39,189 nucleotides of DNA from a virus (Duplodnaviria; Caudoviricetes). Below, piece by piece: positions 9,401-18,923 of this stretch. Within the stretch, counting starts at the first letter, position 1, and each line of letters opens with the position of its first letter. Under the pieces are notes generated by a model. The model saw only the letters and a program-made list of their open reading frames with translations, was not told the origin of the DNA and made no database searches. The stretch spans positions 1 through 39,189 of the IMG/VR virus record IMGVR_UViG_3300045837_000068, one strand, 5' to 3'. The translations under genes were made by a program, and so were the position numbers.

Positions 9401-12400
9401 AAACCTTCAAAACGCTGTTTCCGGAGATCGTGTGGCTGGTCGAGAAGTTCGGGAACAAAAACAGCGAGGCGGCGAAACAGGTCAAGGAGCATACCGACGC
9501 GCTGAAGGTCGTCGAGCCTCAGCTCACAGGCATCAAAACCGCGCATACCGACGCCGCCGGGGCCGCGACCAAACATGGCGAGGCGACGGACGAGCTGTCG
9601 AAGAAAGCCAAAAACGCCGCTGGCGAATTCGCCAACATGGGCACGGACATCGTAAACAGCCTGACCGGCGTTTCCGACAAGTTCAGTCAGATCAATCCCA
9701 TGTTCGATCAGATGGCGGCGGCGTTCAAAGACGCCGGTCTCAAAATGATCGAGACTCAGGACGCCCAGATCGCGAAATACATCGAAGCGGCGGACGCGGC
9801 CCAGCGTTACGCCGACGCCGCCGGGGGCAGCGCGGCCAACGTTCAGGTGGCGATGGATGCGGCTTCCGGGGCCATCATCAAACAGGCCGAAGCGCTCAAC
9901 GATGTGCTGGGCGCGGCCTACAGGTCCGGGCAGGTGGACGCGGAGACCTACTACAACGCGGTCATCGCGGCCATCCAGCAGCAGATCGACAAATTCCAGG
10001 CGGCGGCGGACGCGGGCACTGGATCGGCGAATGCGGTCATCGCGGCCCAGAACGCGATGGCGGAAGTCGTCGAGCAGAAAGCCGCCGCCATGCAGAAGGC
10101 GCTCGAAGACGCCTTCAAGGGCCTGGGCGTGATGTCGGATGAGCAGTTCGCGAAAGTGGCGGAAGCGGCGGAACGGAATTATCAGCTGGCGGTTCAGGCG
10201 GCGGGCGACAACCTGAATCAGATCATGCTGCTGACAACGGCGCACCATGAACAGCTGCTGGCCGCCGCGATCAAAAACGGCCAGGACATTTCCAACGCGC
10301 AACTGGCCCAGGTGGCGAGCGAACAGGCGCAGCGCGACGCTTATCTCGACAGCGTAAAAAACCAGTACGCGGAAGCGTATAAAGCCATCGACTCGACTGT
10401 AACCGGCTTTTTCAAGTCGATGACGGATCACCTGGTAAAGGGGAAACTCGACTGGGACGATTTCAAGGGTCTGGTCATCAAGGCCGCCCAGGATATCGGC
10501 GAAGCGCTGCTGAATAACTTCCTCGGCAAACTCGAAGCCGAGGTCAGTAATTACATCGCGGGCGCGGGGATGAAGCTGTTGCAGCATCTGACCGGCGTGG
10601 GCGACACCGCGAAGACCATGGGCGATACGGTCAAAGGCGTGACCGAGACGGCGGTGGGCGGCTTCCAGAAGATTCAGGACACGGCGGGTTCGGCCATGTC
10701 CTCGATATCCGGCCTGATCGGCGGCGTCGCCTCGGGCGTCTCGGGCGTGGTGGGCGCAATCGGCAGCGTGGCCAACGCGATCACGAACCTGGTGTTCGGC
10801 TTCCATGAGCAGAAGGTTCAGGGCCAGATAGAAACCAACACGCGCATCACTTACACCGAATTGCAGAATCTTCGCCAGCAGTTATATGAAATGGCGGAAA
10901 ACCAGGGCGGCAATTACGACACCCTGGTGAAACTCGATTACTCGAACGCTTCCTTCGACCGGCTGAACACGTCGATTGACGATCAGAACTGGAAGATCCA
11001 GTATCTGGTCGCGTCCTTCGACCGCGCGAACACGAGACTGGACCAGACCTACGACATGCTGGCCTACAAGCTGGATTACATCTGGAACACCATGGTCGCG
11101 ATGTCGCAGGGGGCGATTGACGTGAATAACCTGATCGGCCAGGTGGCGCAGACCACGCAGCAGATCGGCGAATCGACCGAGGGCACGCGGACCAATGTGG
11201 CCCAGCTCGAAACCTCGAACGCCACCGGCCTTGAGTACATCGCCACCACGCAGACGGCGATGGGCCAGCTGATGGACGGCTCATTGCAGCAGGTGGCGGC
11301 CTCGACCGATCAGGCGGCCTCGAATGTCGTTGATCTGAACGCGACCGCGACCGAAGCGGCGCGCATCACGGCGGACGCGGCGGCCCAGGCGGCGGCGGAC
11401 GCCCAGGCCATGCTGGCGCATCTGGGCGATCTCTGGCAGACGTCCCAGGCGCAGCAGACGGCGCTCGAAGAGGCGGCGCGCCAGGCGCAGGCTGCGGCGG
11501 AGGCGACGGTCGCGCTCGGGGAAGTAACGGGCGAATCGAGGGACTACATCCGCAGCCTTCAGGAAGTGGCCGACGTCCGGCTCGCCGCAGTAAGCGAGGC
11601 GCAGGCGCGGGCCGAAGAGGCCATGCGGGCGGTTCAGGAGGCCACCGCTGCGGGCGCGTCGAATGTGCAGGAATTGCAGGCTGAGGCTTCGGCCCGGTTG
11701 CAGGAACTGAATGCGGCGCAGATCGAAGCCAACGTGGCGGTCCAGAGAGTCGAGGAAGCCACCGGCCAGGTGGCGGCGGCGACCGATCTCGCGGCCCAGC
11801 GCATCCTCGATCTCCAGAACATCGCGGATGTACGGCTCGCGGCGCTCGAAGAGGCGCAGCGGGCTTACGACGAAGCGCTCTACGCGGTGCAGGTGGCGAC
11901 CGAGCAGGGCGCGGCCAACGTGGCCGAACTCCAGGCGGTGGCCGATGCGCGTTTGCAGGAACTGAATGCGGCGCAGATGGACGCGAATCTCGCGGTTCAG
12001 GCGGTTCAGGACGCGACCAGCGAAGTAGCGACCGGCGTGGGCGACCTCAACGTCACGACTTCGGAAGGCCTCGCTTCGGTAGCGGACGCAACCGCCGGAA
12101 CCCAGGAGGGCATCGCCACTCTGACCGACGTGACCGATACCGGCCTCGCCGACGTGGAAGGCGCGACCAACGAAACCACGGCCTCGGTCGACAATCTGTC
12201 GGCCACTTCCAACGACGCCTGGAACACGCTCGCCGGGGCGACGCAGGCCATCGGCGATCAGCTGTTCAACATGTCGACGATCCTCTTCTATCAGATCGAC
12301 GCCATCGGGGCGCGCGATACCGCGCAGATCGTGGGCAAGATCGACGAGAACATCGCCCACATGATCGTCTTCGACGCGGATATGCGCGTGGCCATGGACC

Positions 12401-12726
12401 AGCTCACGGTCGCGCTCTCGGCCCGGCTCGACGACGTGATCATGCACATGATCGTGTTCGACGCCGATATGCGGGTGGGCATGGATCAGTTGCAGGCTTC
12501 GATTGGAGGACATCTCGAAAACGCGACCGCCATCGTGTCGGGCAAGATGGACATGCTCGCCGGTTACGCGGCCTCGATTGCGGACTCGACCGCGACCATG
12601 GCCCGCAGCTATCCCAATATCACCGTCAACGTGAATGCTTCCGGCTACGGGGCGAACGAAGTGGGCGCGCTGGTCAGTCAGCAGGTGGGGCAGGCGCTCG
12701 CGGCGCAGTTCGTAGCGGCCCGCTGA
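6424..12726 (+). CDS. Tape measure protein (2100 aa)
   Basis: N-terminal tape-measure domain (FSLPEV..GAQRL, LANAGIPVY..L), Trp-periodic repeats, Ala-rich helical composition; follows the chaperone. Confidence 0.95.
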   Translation: MAISVGDLLSNLLLDISDFKSNLDEAKNDATSKTNEISNSFGELGSAFGDIAKGLAALGIAAALTEFKNEAVAAYGEVRTFERALTALMGSADAAKAELDALREIVANSRFSLPEVAEGAQRLITMGVSAEQTNRTMQALVDTAAATGKGAEFINQAANALARMAATGEVSTRSLQMLANAGIPVYDILGKMGISMDDVKNKTVSATQVIDALTVGLNERFGGTAERMTHTWAGAWDQMGKAVFDAKAAIGESITNMLNQLAPIIEGITALIRGFTEVWKALPTPVKEVIVILGGLVTAVAGIGGAITAASGVIKAFGLVFGGLETAAKAIPVVLNAVQIGATALSGAFTALPGIISTVTTGFTAMTTALAANPWALVAVGVAAAIAALTALGVYVHNNWPEIKEKVYNAWEGIEGWWSNQWGAAKATVSLAWDEIKGLGQKASGIFDKVWDLLPDSWKGAWESAKQTVVNAWDAINANPIVQQVKENLKTVWDNVLEGNWRGAWEAAKKTVTDAWDAISALPAVQQAKENLRTIWDNVLEGNWRAAWEGAKKLVTDAWDAIQSIPGVSTVVSWFKSVWDDLSGPWITAWNYAKNAVMDAWAAIQTIPGVAAVVEWMKGVWDELAGAWQIAWDALKGLIVAVWDSIRSMSIDPIVSWMAGIWDQLKDWWAAAWAGVKSVIADAWDGIKNLPGVQATIDWMAGVWDTIKDLWGRAWSGIQSLISDAWDAIKSLPGVQATIDWMSGVWDSIKDIWSQAWSGISGLISDAWEAIKNLPGVQATIDWFASIWDNLGDLWDQAWSAISNTLASWWDSLMNLPGVQATIDWFANIWENLGDLWDSAWSAIVDAISGWWDSLLNLPVVSSVIEWFEGVWDTLTNHWDDVWEGLKQLISDAFFTMTGIGAILAAVEWFTGVWDDLGGSWTAVWEGLKNIISEAWNSFLNLPAVSAVTTWFAHAWDTVVDAWNTVWGALKTGFQNLVNFLNEQLPGLMHPLETFKTLFPEIVWLVEKFGNKNSEAAKQVKEHTDALKVVEPQLTGIKTAHTDAAGAATKHGEATDELSKKAKNAAGEFANMGTDIVNSLTGVSDKFSQINPMFDQMAAAFKDAGLKMIETQDAQIAKYIEAADAAQRYADAAGGSAANVQVAMDAASGAIIKQAEALNDVLGAAYRSGQVDAETYYNAVIAAIQQQIDKFQAAADAGTGSANAVIAAQNAMAEVVEQKAAAMQKALEDAFKGLGVMSDEQFAKVAEAAERNYQLAVQAAGDNLNQIMLLTTAHHEQLLAAAIKNGQDISNAQLAQVASEQAQRDAYLDSVKNQYAEAYKAIDSTVTGFFKSMTDHLVKGKLDWDDFKGLVIKAAQDIGEALLNNFLGKLEAEVSNYIAGAGMKLLQHLTGVGDTAKTMGDTVKGVTETAVGGFQKIQDTAGSAMSSISGLIGGVASGVSGVVGAIGSVANAITNLVFGFHEQKVQGQIETNTRITYTELQNLRQQLYEMAENQGGNYDTLVKLDYSNASFDRLNTSIDDQNWKIQYLVASFDRANTRLDQTYDMLAYKLDYIWNTMVAMSQGAIDVNNLIGQVAQTTQQIGESTEGTRTNVAQLETSNATGLEYIATTQTAMGQLMDGSLQQVAASTDQAASNVVDLNATATEAARITADAAAQAAADAQAMLAHLGDLWQTSQAQQTALEEAARQAQAAAEATVALGEVTGESRDYIRSLQEVADVRLAAVSEAQARAEEAMRAVQEATAAGASNVQELQAEASARLQELNAAQIEANVAVQRVEEATGQVAAATDLAAQRILDLQNIADVRLAALEEAQRAYDEALYAVQVATEQGAANVAELQAVADARLQELNAAQMDANLAVQAVQDATSEVATGVGDLNVTTSEGLASVADATAGTQEGIATLTDVTDTGLADVEGATNETTASVDNLSATSNDAWNTLAGATQAIGDQLFNMSTILFYQIDAIGARDTAQIVGKIDENIAHMIVFDADMRVAMDQLTVALSARLDDVIMHMIVFDADMRVGMDQLQASIGGHLENATAIVSGKMDMLAGYAASIADSTATMARSYPNITVNVNASGYGANEVGALVSQQVGQALAAQFVAAR

Positions 12727-12727
12727 A

Positions 12728-15517
12728 ATGGCCGATATCCGGATCAATTGCGGCGGCCCGGCGGTGAATGCGGGCGGCTACGCCTGGGAAGCGGATCGCG
12801 GCTATAACGGCGGCTTCGAATTCCCGACTACTCACGGTATTGAGAATCATGGCGGATTCGAAGTCATCTACCAGACTTCGCGCTGGAACTTCAATCTGCT
12901 CGAATACGCCTTCGATGTTCCGAACGGCACTTACGATGTGGTCTTCCGCTGGGCCGAGCTGTTCAATCAGATGGGGCGGGATACCCGCTGGTTCAACGTC
13001 GATATCAACGGCTCGCGCGTCGTGGTGGATGGCGTCCCGCTCACAAATTTCAGCATTTACGATCTCGCGGGATCGCGCCTGTTCGGCGCGGTCAACCGCA
13101 GGACGCGCGTCATTATCACCGGCGGGCGCATTGTCATTTCGCTGCGCGCGGTGCGCGAGAATCCGACGCTTAATGCGATTGAGATTTTGCAGGTGGGTGG
13201 CGCGGGCGGCGGGGGCGAACCGACGCCGGTTTATGAATGCGCCGTCAACATCAATTCGGGCGGCGCGGCCTTCACCGATTCACGCGGCTTCCTCTGGGCG
13301 GCGGATACAGGTTACTCAGGCGACGGGACCGGCTCTTACAACGTGTATCAGGCTCAGGGCCGCTGGGCCGAGATCGCCAACACAAATGAGCAGGGGCTTT
13401 ACAACGTTCAGCGCTACGGGCAGACCTGGCTCCAGTACCAGTTTTCGGTTGCGAACGGCTGGTACGCCGTCACTCTGAAATACGCCGAACTCGATCAGAT
13501 CGCGGCGGGCGTGCGCCGCTTCAATGTCCTGATCAACGGGGAGCAGAAAGAGACGAATTTCGACGTCGTCGCGCTCGCGGGCGGGACTCTGCGGGCGCTC
13601 GACCGGCAGTATGTGATTCAGGTAACGACCGGATCGGTCATCATCCGGTTTAATTCGGTCTCGCATCCGCCGAATGTCAACGCCATCGCCATCTGTCAGA
13701 CACAGGAGCCGCAGCCGGGGCCGCCGCCGGTTACGGGCCTGCCAGCGCATCTCGAAAGCGTCTCGCTCGCGATTGACGGCCAGGACGTGACCGAAATCGC
13801 GCTGGTGGCGGAAACGCGGATTAACTACGCATCGAATAACAGAGTCTCGACTGCGAATGTCGTGCTCCTCGGCCCCGCGCCGGGCAATGTGCCGCGCTGG
13901 GATTACGCGAAATGGGATCAGGCGGTCTACGGCTTTAATCTGCGCACCATGAGCCTGATTCAGATCTATTCGGGAAAGCCGCTCGAATTGCGGATCTGGC
14001 GGGCGGATTACGGCTACTCGGCTACGGGTTACACCGAACCTTTTTTCGTTCCCGTAAACGCCGCGATAGGCAATACCGTCAATCCCGCGCTTTATCAGGG
14101 GTCGCGCTGGGTGAGGGGAACCGGGACGCGGCTGATCTATCAGTTTTCGGTCCCCAATGCGACTTATTCGGTCACTCTCAAATGGGCCGAGATCGCCATC
14201 GGCAGCATCTGGGCGGACACGACCGCGCGCGTCTTCGACGTCTATTTGCAGGGAACGCGCGTGGATCAGAACGTGAATGTCGAGCAGCGCGCGGGCGGCA
14301 TCCGCATCGCTTATGACCGGACCTATACGGCGAATGTAACCAACGGGCAATTGACGATCTGGATTCAGTCGATTCAGGGCAATCCGATGGTGAACGCGAT
14401 TGAGATCACCGGCGCGGCGGATTTCGAGCCGATCCGTATCAGCTGCGGTTCCAACGCTTACTGGGAATGGATCACCGATCCGGATTCGACGATGCTGTTC
14501 AATGGCGTCGTTATGCAAGTCACCATGAAGGACACCGACGCCAAATGGGTCACTACCCGTTATGAGCTGGCCTGCAATGACTGGGCCGTGGAACTGGACC
14601 GCACCATCGTAGTCAGTTCGGTCGAAGGGCACCTGCTGCCCAATGAGATATTTCCGAAGGATGACGCGGATTTCATCGTCCGTATGCTGCAAACGCGCAC
14701 AAGCCGCGTGAATCCGCGGCTGATCATCGGCGGACACGTCATTCAGGCCCTGGACTACATAGGCAAAAGCATACGGCAGATACTGGATGACTTATGCGTG
14801 CTGACCAACAGCGTGTGGTATCTGGATCAGATCGGGCTGTTGCATTACTTTCCGGCGAGTCTCGCGCCGGGCGCGCCTTTTGCGGTTTCCACCGAGTACG
14901 ACAACGAAAGGACGTTTCCTTTCCGGATGGATAACTTCAATATTGATTTTTCCAATCCCGCGAACAGCGCGTGGATCTTCGGGCATGAGACCTGGTTCTG
15001 GGGTCAGCCGATGCCGGAAAGCGTCGTGTATCTCCCCGACGACGCGTCCATCGCGGCTTATGGCGAATGGAATTACGCCATACTCGACGGCTCCATCAAT
15101 ACCCGCGAGGAAGCGCTCACGCGGGCGCGGGCGCTTCTCGCCGCCAGCGCTTATCCCATCGAGCGGGGTCAGTTTACGGTGTGGAGGCACGGACTCTATC
15201 CCGGCCAGCTGATGCATATTACCGACTCCTTCATGAATGTCGACGGCTCCTGGCTGATCAGTTCCGTGTCGCTCGTCTGGAGGGCGAAAGACATTATCGA
15301 ATACACCGTGAATTTCGGGCCGCCCGCTCCATCTCTCGATTCGATTCTTCGCGCGCTCGACGTGCGGACGCGGGTGGTAAGCCCGGTATCCACGATTACG
15401 CCCGGAACGGCTGGCTTCACCGGCGTTTTCGAAACGAATGACGGCAGGCGCGTGCGCTGCCGCAGAGGCATGATCATCGCCATAGAGGAGGCGACGAATG
15501 GACAGCGAAACGAATGA
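12728..15517 (+). CDS. Tail tip/baseplate hub protein carrying three malectin-like domains
   Basis: Repeated IRINCGG..W.AD.GY...YQ..R...Y.F.VPNG.Y.V...AE...R.F.V.ING...NAIEI units. Hub-like segments (LFNGVV, ILDDLC.LT...WY.D..G.LH, SIAAYGE). Spike-tip-like C-terminus GFTGVF...DG..V..RRGMI. Confidence 0.8.
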   Translation: MADIRINCGGPAVNAGGYAWEADRGYNGGFEFPTTHGIENHGGFEVIYQTSRWNFNLLEYAFDVPNGTYDVVFRWAELFNQMGRDTRWFNVDINGSRVVVDGVPLTNFSIYDLAGSRLFGAVNRRTRVIITGGRIVISLRAVRENPTLNAIEILQVGGAGGGGEPTPVYECAVNINSGGAAFTDSRGFLWAADTGYSGDGTGSYNVYQAQGRWAEIANTNEQGLYNVQRYGQTWLQYQFSVANGWYAVTLKYAELDQIAAGVRRFNVLINGEQKETNFDVVALAGGTLRALDRQYVIQVTTGSVIIRFNSVSHPPNVNAIAICQTQEPQPGPPPVTGLPAHLESVSLAIDGQDVTEIALVAETRINYASNNRVSTANVVLLGPAPGNVPRWDYAKWDQAVYGFNLRTMSLIQIYSGKPLELRIWRADYGYSATGYTEPFFVPVNAAIGNTVNPALYQGSRWVRGTGTRLIYQFSVPNATYSVTLKWAEIAIGSIWADTTARVFDVYLQGTRVDQNVNVEQRAGGIRIAYDRTYTANVTNGQLTIWIQSIQGNPMVNAIEITGAADFEPIRISCGSNAYWEWITDPDSTMLFNGVVMQVTMKDTDAKWVTTRYELACNDWAVELDRTIVVSSVEGHLLPNEIFPKDDADFIVRMLQTRTSRVNPRLIIGGHVIQALDYIGKSIRQILDDLCVLTNSVWYLDQIGLLHYFPASLAPGAPFAVSTEYDNERTFPFRMDNFNIDFSNPANSAWIFGHETWFWGQPMPESVVYLPDDASIAAYGEWNYAILDGSINTREEALTRARALLAASAYPIERGQFTVWRHGLYPGQLMHITDSFMNVDGSWLISSVSLVWRAKDIIEYTVNFGPPAPSLDSILRALDVRTRVVSPVSTITPGTAGFTGVFETNDGRRVRCRRGMIIAIEEATNGQRNE

Positions 15518-15704
15518 GGTTTATCCGCTCGACGACGCCACGCTCGAAATCGTGCAGCATATCGACGCCACCATAACCATGCTGAACCAGCAATTGAACG
15601 GCGCGCTCATGCTGTTCATCCGGCAACAGAAGCTGAAGGGCAACTGGCGGCTTGCGGCCAACCGGCGCGAACTGGCGCTGATCCCGGTCGAGGTGAAGAA
15701 ATGA
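15498..15704 (+). CDS. Small hypothetical tail-module protein
   Basis: GAGGAGG RBS; overlaps both neighbouring genes. Confidence 0.7.
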   Translation: MDSETNEVYPLDDATLEIVQHIDATITMLNQQLNGALMLFIRQQKLKGNWRLAANRRELALIPVEVKK

Positions 15705-17977
15705 TCCCGCCCGCTACGCGCTCGATCACGTTGCCCACGACGCCCACATGGCCGCCCGTCGTCCACCCCAATGAAGTCATCGCCTCCAGTTACGGCAACA
15801 CCATTCGCGCGGCGCTTATCACCATCTGGGAAAACCTGAGTTATCTCGCGAGCCGCGTCGATCCCTCGGAGGCGGAAGTTCCGGTGGGGCGGCGCATCAA
15901 CACCACCGCGCCATTGCAGGGCGGCAACACGCTCGCCCAGGACCTGACGCTCTCGATCAATACGGCGTACTTCGTCCAGCCCGCGCGCCAGGTGCTCGCG
16001 GGCGGCCTGCTCACCGGCGGCGGCTCGCTCGCGAATGACGTCACGATCACGCTTCCCGCGAACGCGGTGGTCGAGCCGACGCGTTATATCCGCACCACCG
16101 CGCCGCTTGCGGGCGGCGGCCAGCTCTCGGGCGATCTCACGCTCTCGGTCGATCTCTCGGGCTACGTGCCCACGTCGCGCACGATTACGACCGGCGCGGG
16201 ACTGAGCGGCGGCGGACAACTGACGGGGAATCTCACGCTCGCTGTCGACGCCACCATCGCGCGGGTAGCGGATCTGGCGGGCTATGTGCCGACGTCGCGC
16301 GTCATCGCGACCGAGCCAGGCTCGGGCCTCGCGGGCGGGGGCGATCTGGCGGGGAACCTTTCGCTCGCTGTCGATGCGACCATCGCGCGCGTGGCGCAGC
16401 TCGCAGGCTACGTGCCCATCGAGCGCGCGATCACGGCGGGCGCGGGCCTGACCGGGGGCGGCGATCTGAGCGCCAATCGGACCCTCGCGCTCGATCCGGC
16501 GGCCATCGTGCCGCCGGGGAGGTCAATTACCGCAGGCGCGGGGCTACTCGGCGGCGGCGCGCTCTCGGAGGATGTGACGCTTGCGGCCAACATCGGCTGG
16601 TACGCGGACGGCTACACGGCTGGCGCGGGGCCGTGGCTCAATCTGATCGCGGGCGCGGGCATCGAACTCACGCCGGGCGAAAGCGAAATCACGATCACCG
16701 CCACGGCCACCGGCGGCGGCGCGGCCTTCGAAGTCAACGGCAACCGGCAGACGGCGCGACCGGCGGTCAACTTCATCGCGGGCGCGAACGTCACGCTCAC
16801 GCCTTTCGACAATGAGGCGCAGGGGCGGCTCGACATCACCATCGAAGCCGAAGGCGGTGGGCCGGGCGGCGGCATCACCGGGGTCAACTTTCAGCACAAT
16901 GGGGCGCTCGTCGCCAATCGTCCGACTCTGAATTTCATTAACGGCGCGGGCGTCAGTCTGACGGTGGCGGACGATCCGGCGGGGCGCGTCAATGTGACCG
17001 TCGCTTCCACGGTCGCGCCCGGCGTACCCACGAATCGCCAGGTTATCGCAGGCTCGGGCCTCACCGGCGGCGGGCCACTCACGGCGGATGTGACGCTCGC
17101 GCTCGATCCGGCGGCCATCGTGCCGCCCGCGCGAACAGTCACGGCGGGGTCCGGCCTGCGGGGCGGAGGGGCGCTGACTGCGGATGTGACGCTATCAGCG
17201 GCCATTGATTTTGCCGTGAACCAGTCCACCGTCGTCGAGGGCCACGCGCTCGATCTCATCGCCGGGCCGGGCATCGCGATTACATCAACCGCTGTAGGTG
17301 GTTCCGCCGAGGTCACGATCTCGCGGGCGGCGTCCACTACGCCCGGTCTGCCGGGCGCTGGCGGGCCTGGCATCGAGGGCCGGGCCGGTGGCGGCGGCGG
17401 CGTCAACGCGGCGGGCGTGGGCGCTCCAGGCGCGTGCGGCGGGGGCAATGGCTCGGCGACCACCGGAGGTGCGGCGGCGGCCAACTCGGGATCGGGCGGC
17501 GGGGCCGGTCTCAGTGGCGGCGGCGCGGGCGCCTCGGGCCTTGTGACAGCCACCTATCAGGACTTCGACGCGACGGCCCAGTGCTGGACAACCCGGCATG
17601 TGCGCTTCACTGCAAGCGGGACTTTCAACGCGTCTCAGACGCTGCGCGACGCGGGCGGCTGGGTCTTCGTCGAAGTGATCGGGGGCGGCGGCAACGGCGG
17701 AACGGCGGGCGGCGGCGGCGCGGGCGGCTATGAGCGGCGCTGGGTCCAGGTGACAACGGCGACCGTCGCGGTCACTGTGGGCAACGCGGGCCAGGCGTCG
17801 AGTTTCGGGACGCTGCTTACTGCGCAGCCGGGCGCGAACGGAACCTCGACCAGCGGCGGCGCTTCGGGCGGTCCCAGCCTTTCGGGCGGCGGACTATCCA
17901 CCGGCGCGGGATCGACCCTCGCGGGCGGCGGCGGCGCGGGCGCAGGCGGACCCGGCGCATCCGCAACGTCCGCATGA
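15701..17977 (+). CDS. Tail fibre protein with shaft repeats and a glycine-rich C-terminal domain
   Basis: About 9 repeats of VP..R.I.(T/A)G.GL.GGG.L..D.TL; LNFI.GAGV.LT segments; Gly-rich head. Confidence 0.8.
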   Translation: MIPPATRSITLPTTPTWPPVVHPNEVIASSYGNTIRAALITIWENLSYLASRVDPSEAEVPVGRRINTTAPLQGGNTLAQDLTLSINTAYFVQPARQVLAGGLLTGGGSLANDVTITLPANAVVEPTRYIRTTAPLAGGGQLSGDLTLSVDLSGYVPTSRTITTGAGLSGGGQLTGNLTLAVDATIARVADLAGYVPTSRVIATEPGSGLAGGGDLAGNLSLAVDATIARVAQLAGYVPIERAITAGAGLTGGGDLSANRTLALDPAAIVPPGRSITAGAGLLGGGALSEDVTLAANIGWYADGYTAGAGPWLNLIAGAGIELTPGESEITITATATGGGAAFEVNGNRQTARPAVNFIAGANVTLTPFDNEAQGRLDITIEAEGGGPGGGITGVNFQHNGALVANRPTLNFINGAGVSLTVADDPAGRVNVTVASTVAPGVPTNRQVIAGSGLTGGGPLTADVTLALDPAAIVPPARTVTAGSGLRGGGALTADVTLSAAIDFAVNQSTVVEGHALDLIAGPGIAITSTAVGGSAEVTISRAASTTPGLPGAGGPGIEGRAGGGGGVNAAGVGAPGACGGGNGSATTGGAAAANSGSGGGAGLSGGGAGASGLVTATYQDFDATAQCWTTRHVRFTASGTFNASQTLRDAGGWVFVEVIGGGGNGGTAGGGGAGGYERRWVQVTTATVAVTVGNAGQASSFGTLLTAQPGANGTSTSGGASGGPSLSGGGLSTGAGSTLAGGGGAGAGGPGASATSA

Positions 17978-18031
17978 CGCGAGTAAATGGAAAATTACCG
18001 CCGGAATTCGGGCGAATTCGTCCCGATTAGC

Positions 18032-18385
18032 CTATCGGGGCGGGCGTGAATTGCGTGACGGAGTCGCAACACTACGCGCTTTGCGAGCGTCTGTGACTAT
18101 TGGTGTGCCGCGTTTCGTTTTCGTGATAAGCCGGTCTTTTTCGTCGGCGATCATGCGCACGAATTCGTGGATATCAATCTCGAATGCCAGGGCGTAGCTT
18201 TCCAGTGTTCGAAGCTCGGGGCTGGCGCCCTGGATTTCGAGAGTTGAGACGTCGTTGCGGTCGCGTTCGGCGAGCAGGCCCAGGTCTCTCTGGGACAGCT
18301 TTCGTTTAAGCCGTTCGCGCCGGACAATGTTGGCTACGGCGACAGCCCACGCCATCGCGGCGTGATCGCGCGGCTTCCTGGCCAT
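18032..18385 (-). CDS. XRE-family (CI-like) repressor
   Basis: IVRRERLKRKLSQRDLG...VSTLE....SPELRTLESYALAF HTH motif. It is the only credible minus-strand gene and is divergent from the early operon. Start chosen at MARKPR (AAGGA RBS). Confidence 0.85.
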   Translation of the reverse strand: MARKPRDHAAMAWAVAVANIVRRERLKRKLSQRDLGLLAERDRNDVSTLEIQGASPELRTLESYALAFEIDIHEFVRMIADEKDRLITKTKRGTPIVTDARKARSVATPSRNSRPPR

Positions 18386-18649
18386 GCGTTTTCTTTTCCT
18401 TTCATGCTCCACCCTCCTTTTGCGGGGTTCTGAGGAAACAAGCATGGCAAATACCCGCCGGTAATTAACGACACTATGCAATCGTCTGGATACATCCCTC
18501 TGGTTAGAACCTGTTCTGCGGGCCGGATTAGACAGAAAAATATTTTTTCGCTCGGCGACTGTACGAGTGCTCGCCTGTATATTCCTGATGAGTCACGGGT
18601 AGGATTTTTGCGTAGTTTTTCGGTATACGCATAAATCGGCCTGGATGTA

Positions 18650-18678
18650 TTGACTCCATATGATTCTCGGCTTAATTT
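18650..18678 (+). promoter_or_regulatory. Candidate sigma70 early promoter TTGACT-17-TAATTT
   Basis: Lies in the AT-rich divergent intergenic region, 22 nt upstream of the Cro-position gene. Confidence 0.5.
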
Positions 18679-18700
18679 GATTACGTTTCTGGAGTAATTC

Positions 18701-18910
18701 ATGGCCAAGCGGGGACGGCCACGGCGGCCCGGCAAGCCCGAAAAAAGAGTGTTCGTGAAGATACCGCGCGAGGCTCACGCGCTGATACGCGAAGAGATTC
18801 GGCGACGCCGCAGGGAAACCGGGGCCAACTGGACTTACGGCGCCATTGTCCTCGAATCATGCAGGGAAGCGTACGGGAGTTCGGACGGCGACGCGCCCGA
18901 ACCGGAATAA
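18701..18910 (+). CDS. Small basic DNA-binding protein in the Cro position (ribbon-helix-helix-like)
   Basis: KRGRP hook, beta-like RVFVKIP followed by helices; GGAG RBS; divergent from the repressor. Confidence 0.65.
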   Translation: MAKRGRPRRPGKPEKRVFVKIPREAHALIREEIRRRRRETGANWTYGAIVLESCREAYGSSDGDAPEPE

Positions 18911-18923
18911 GGAAATCAGAAAA

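Noticed and set aside
18386-18481. Longer N-terminus of the repressor as given in the ORF track
   Set aside because: A better RBS precedes the ATG at 18385, and the extension runs into the AT-rich control region.
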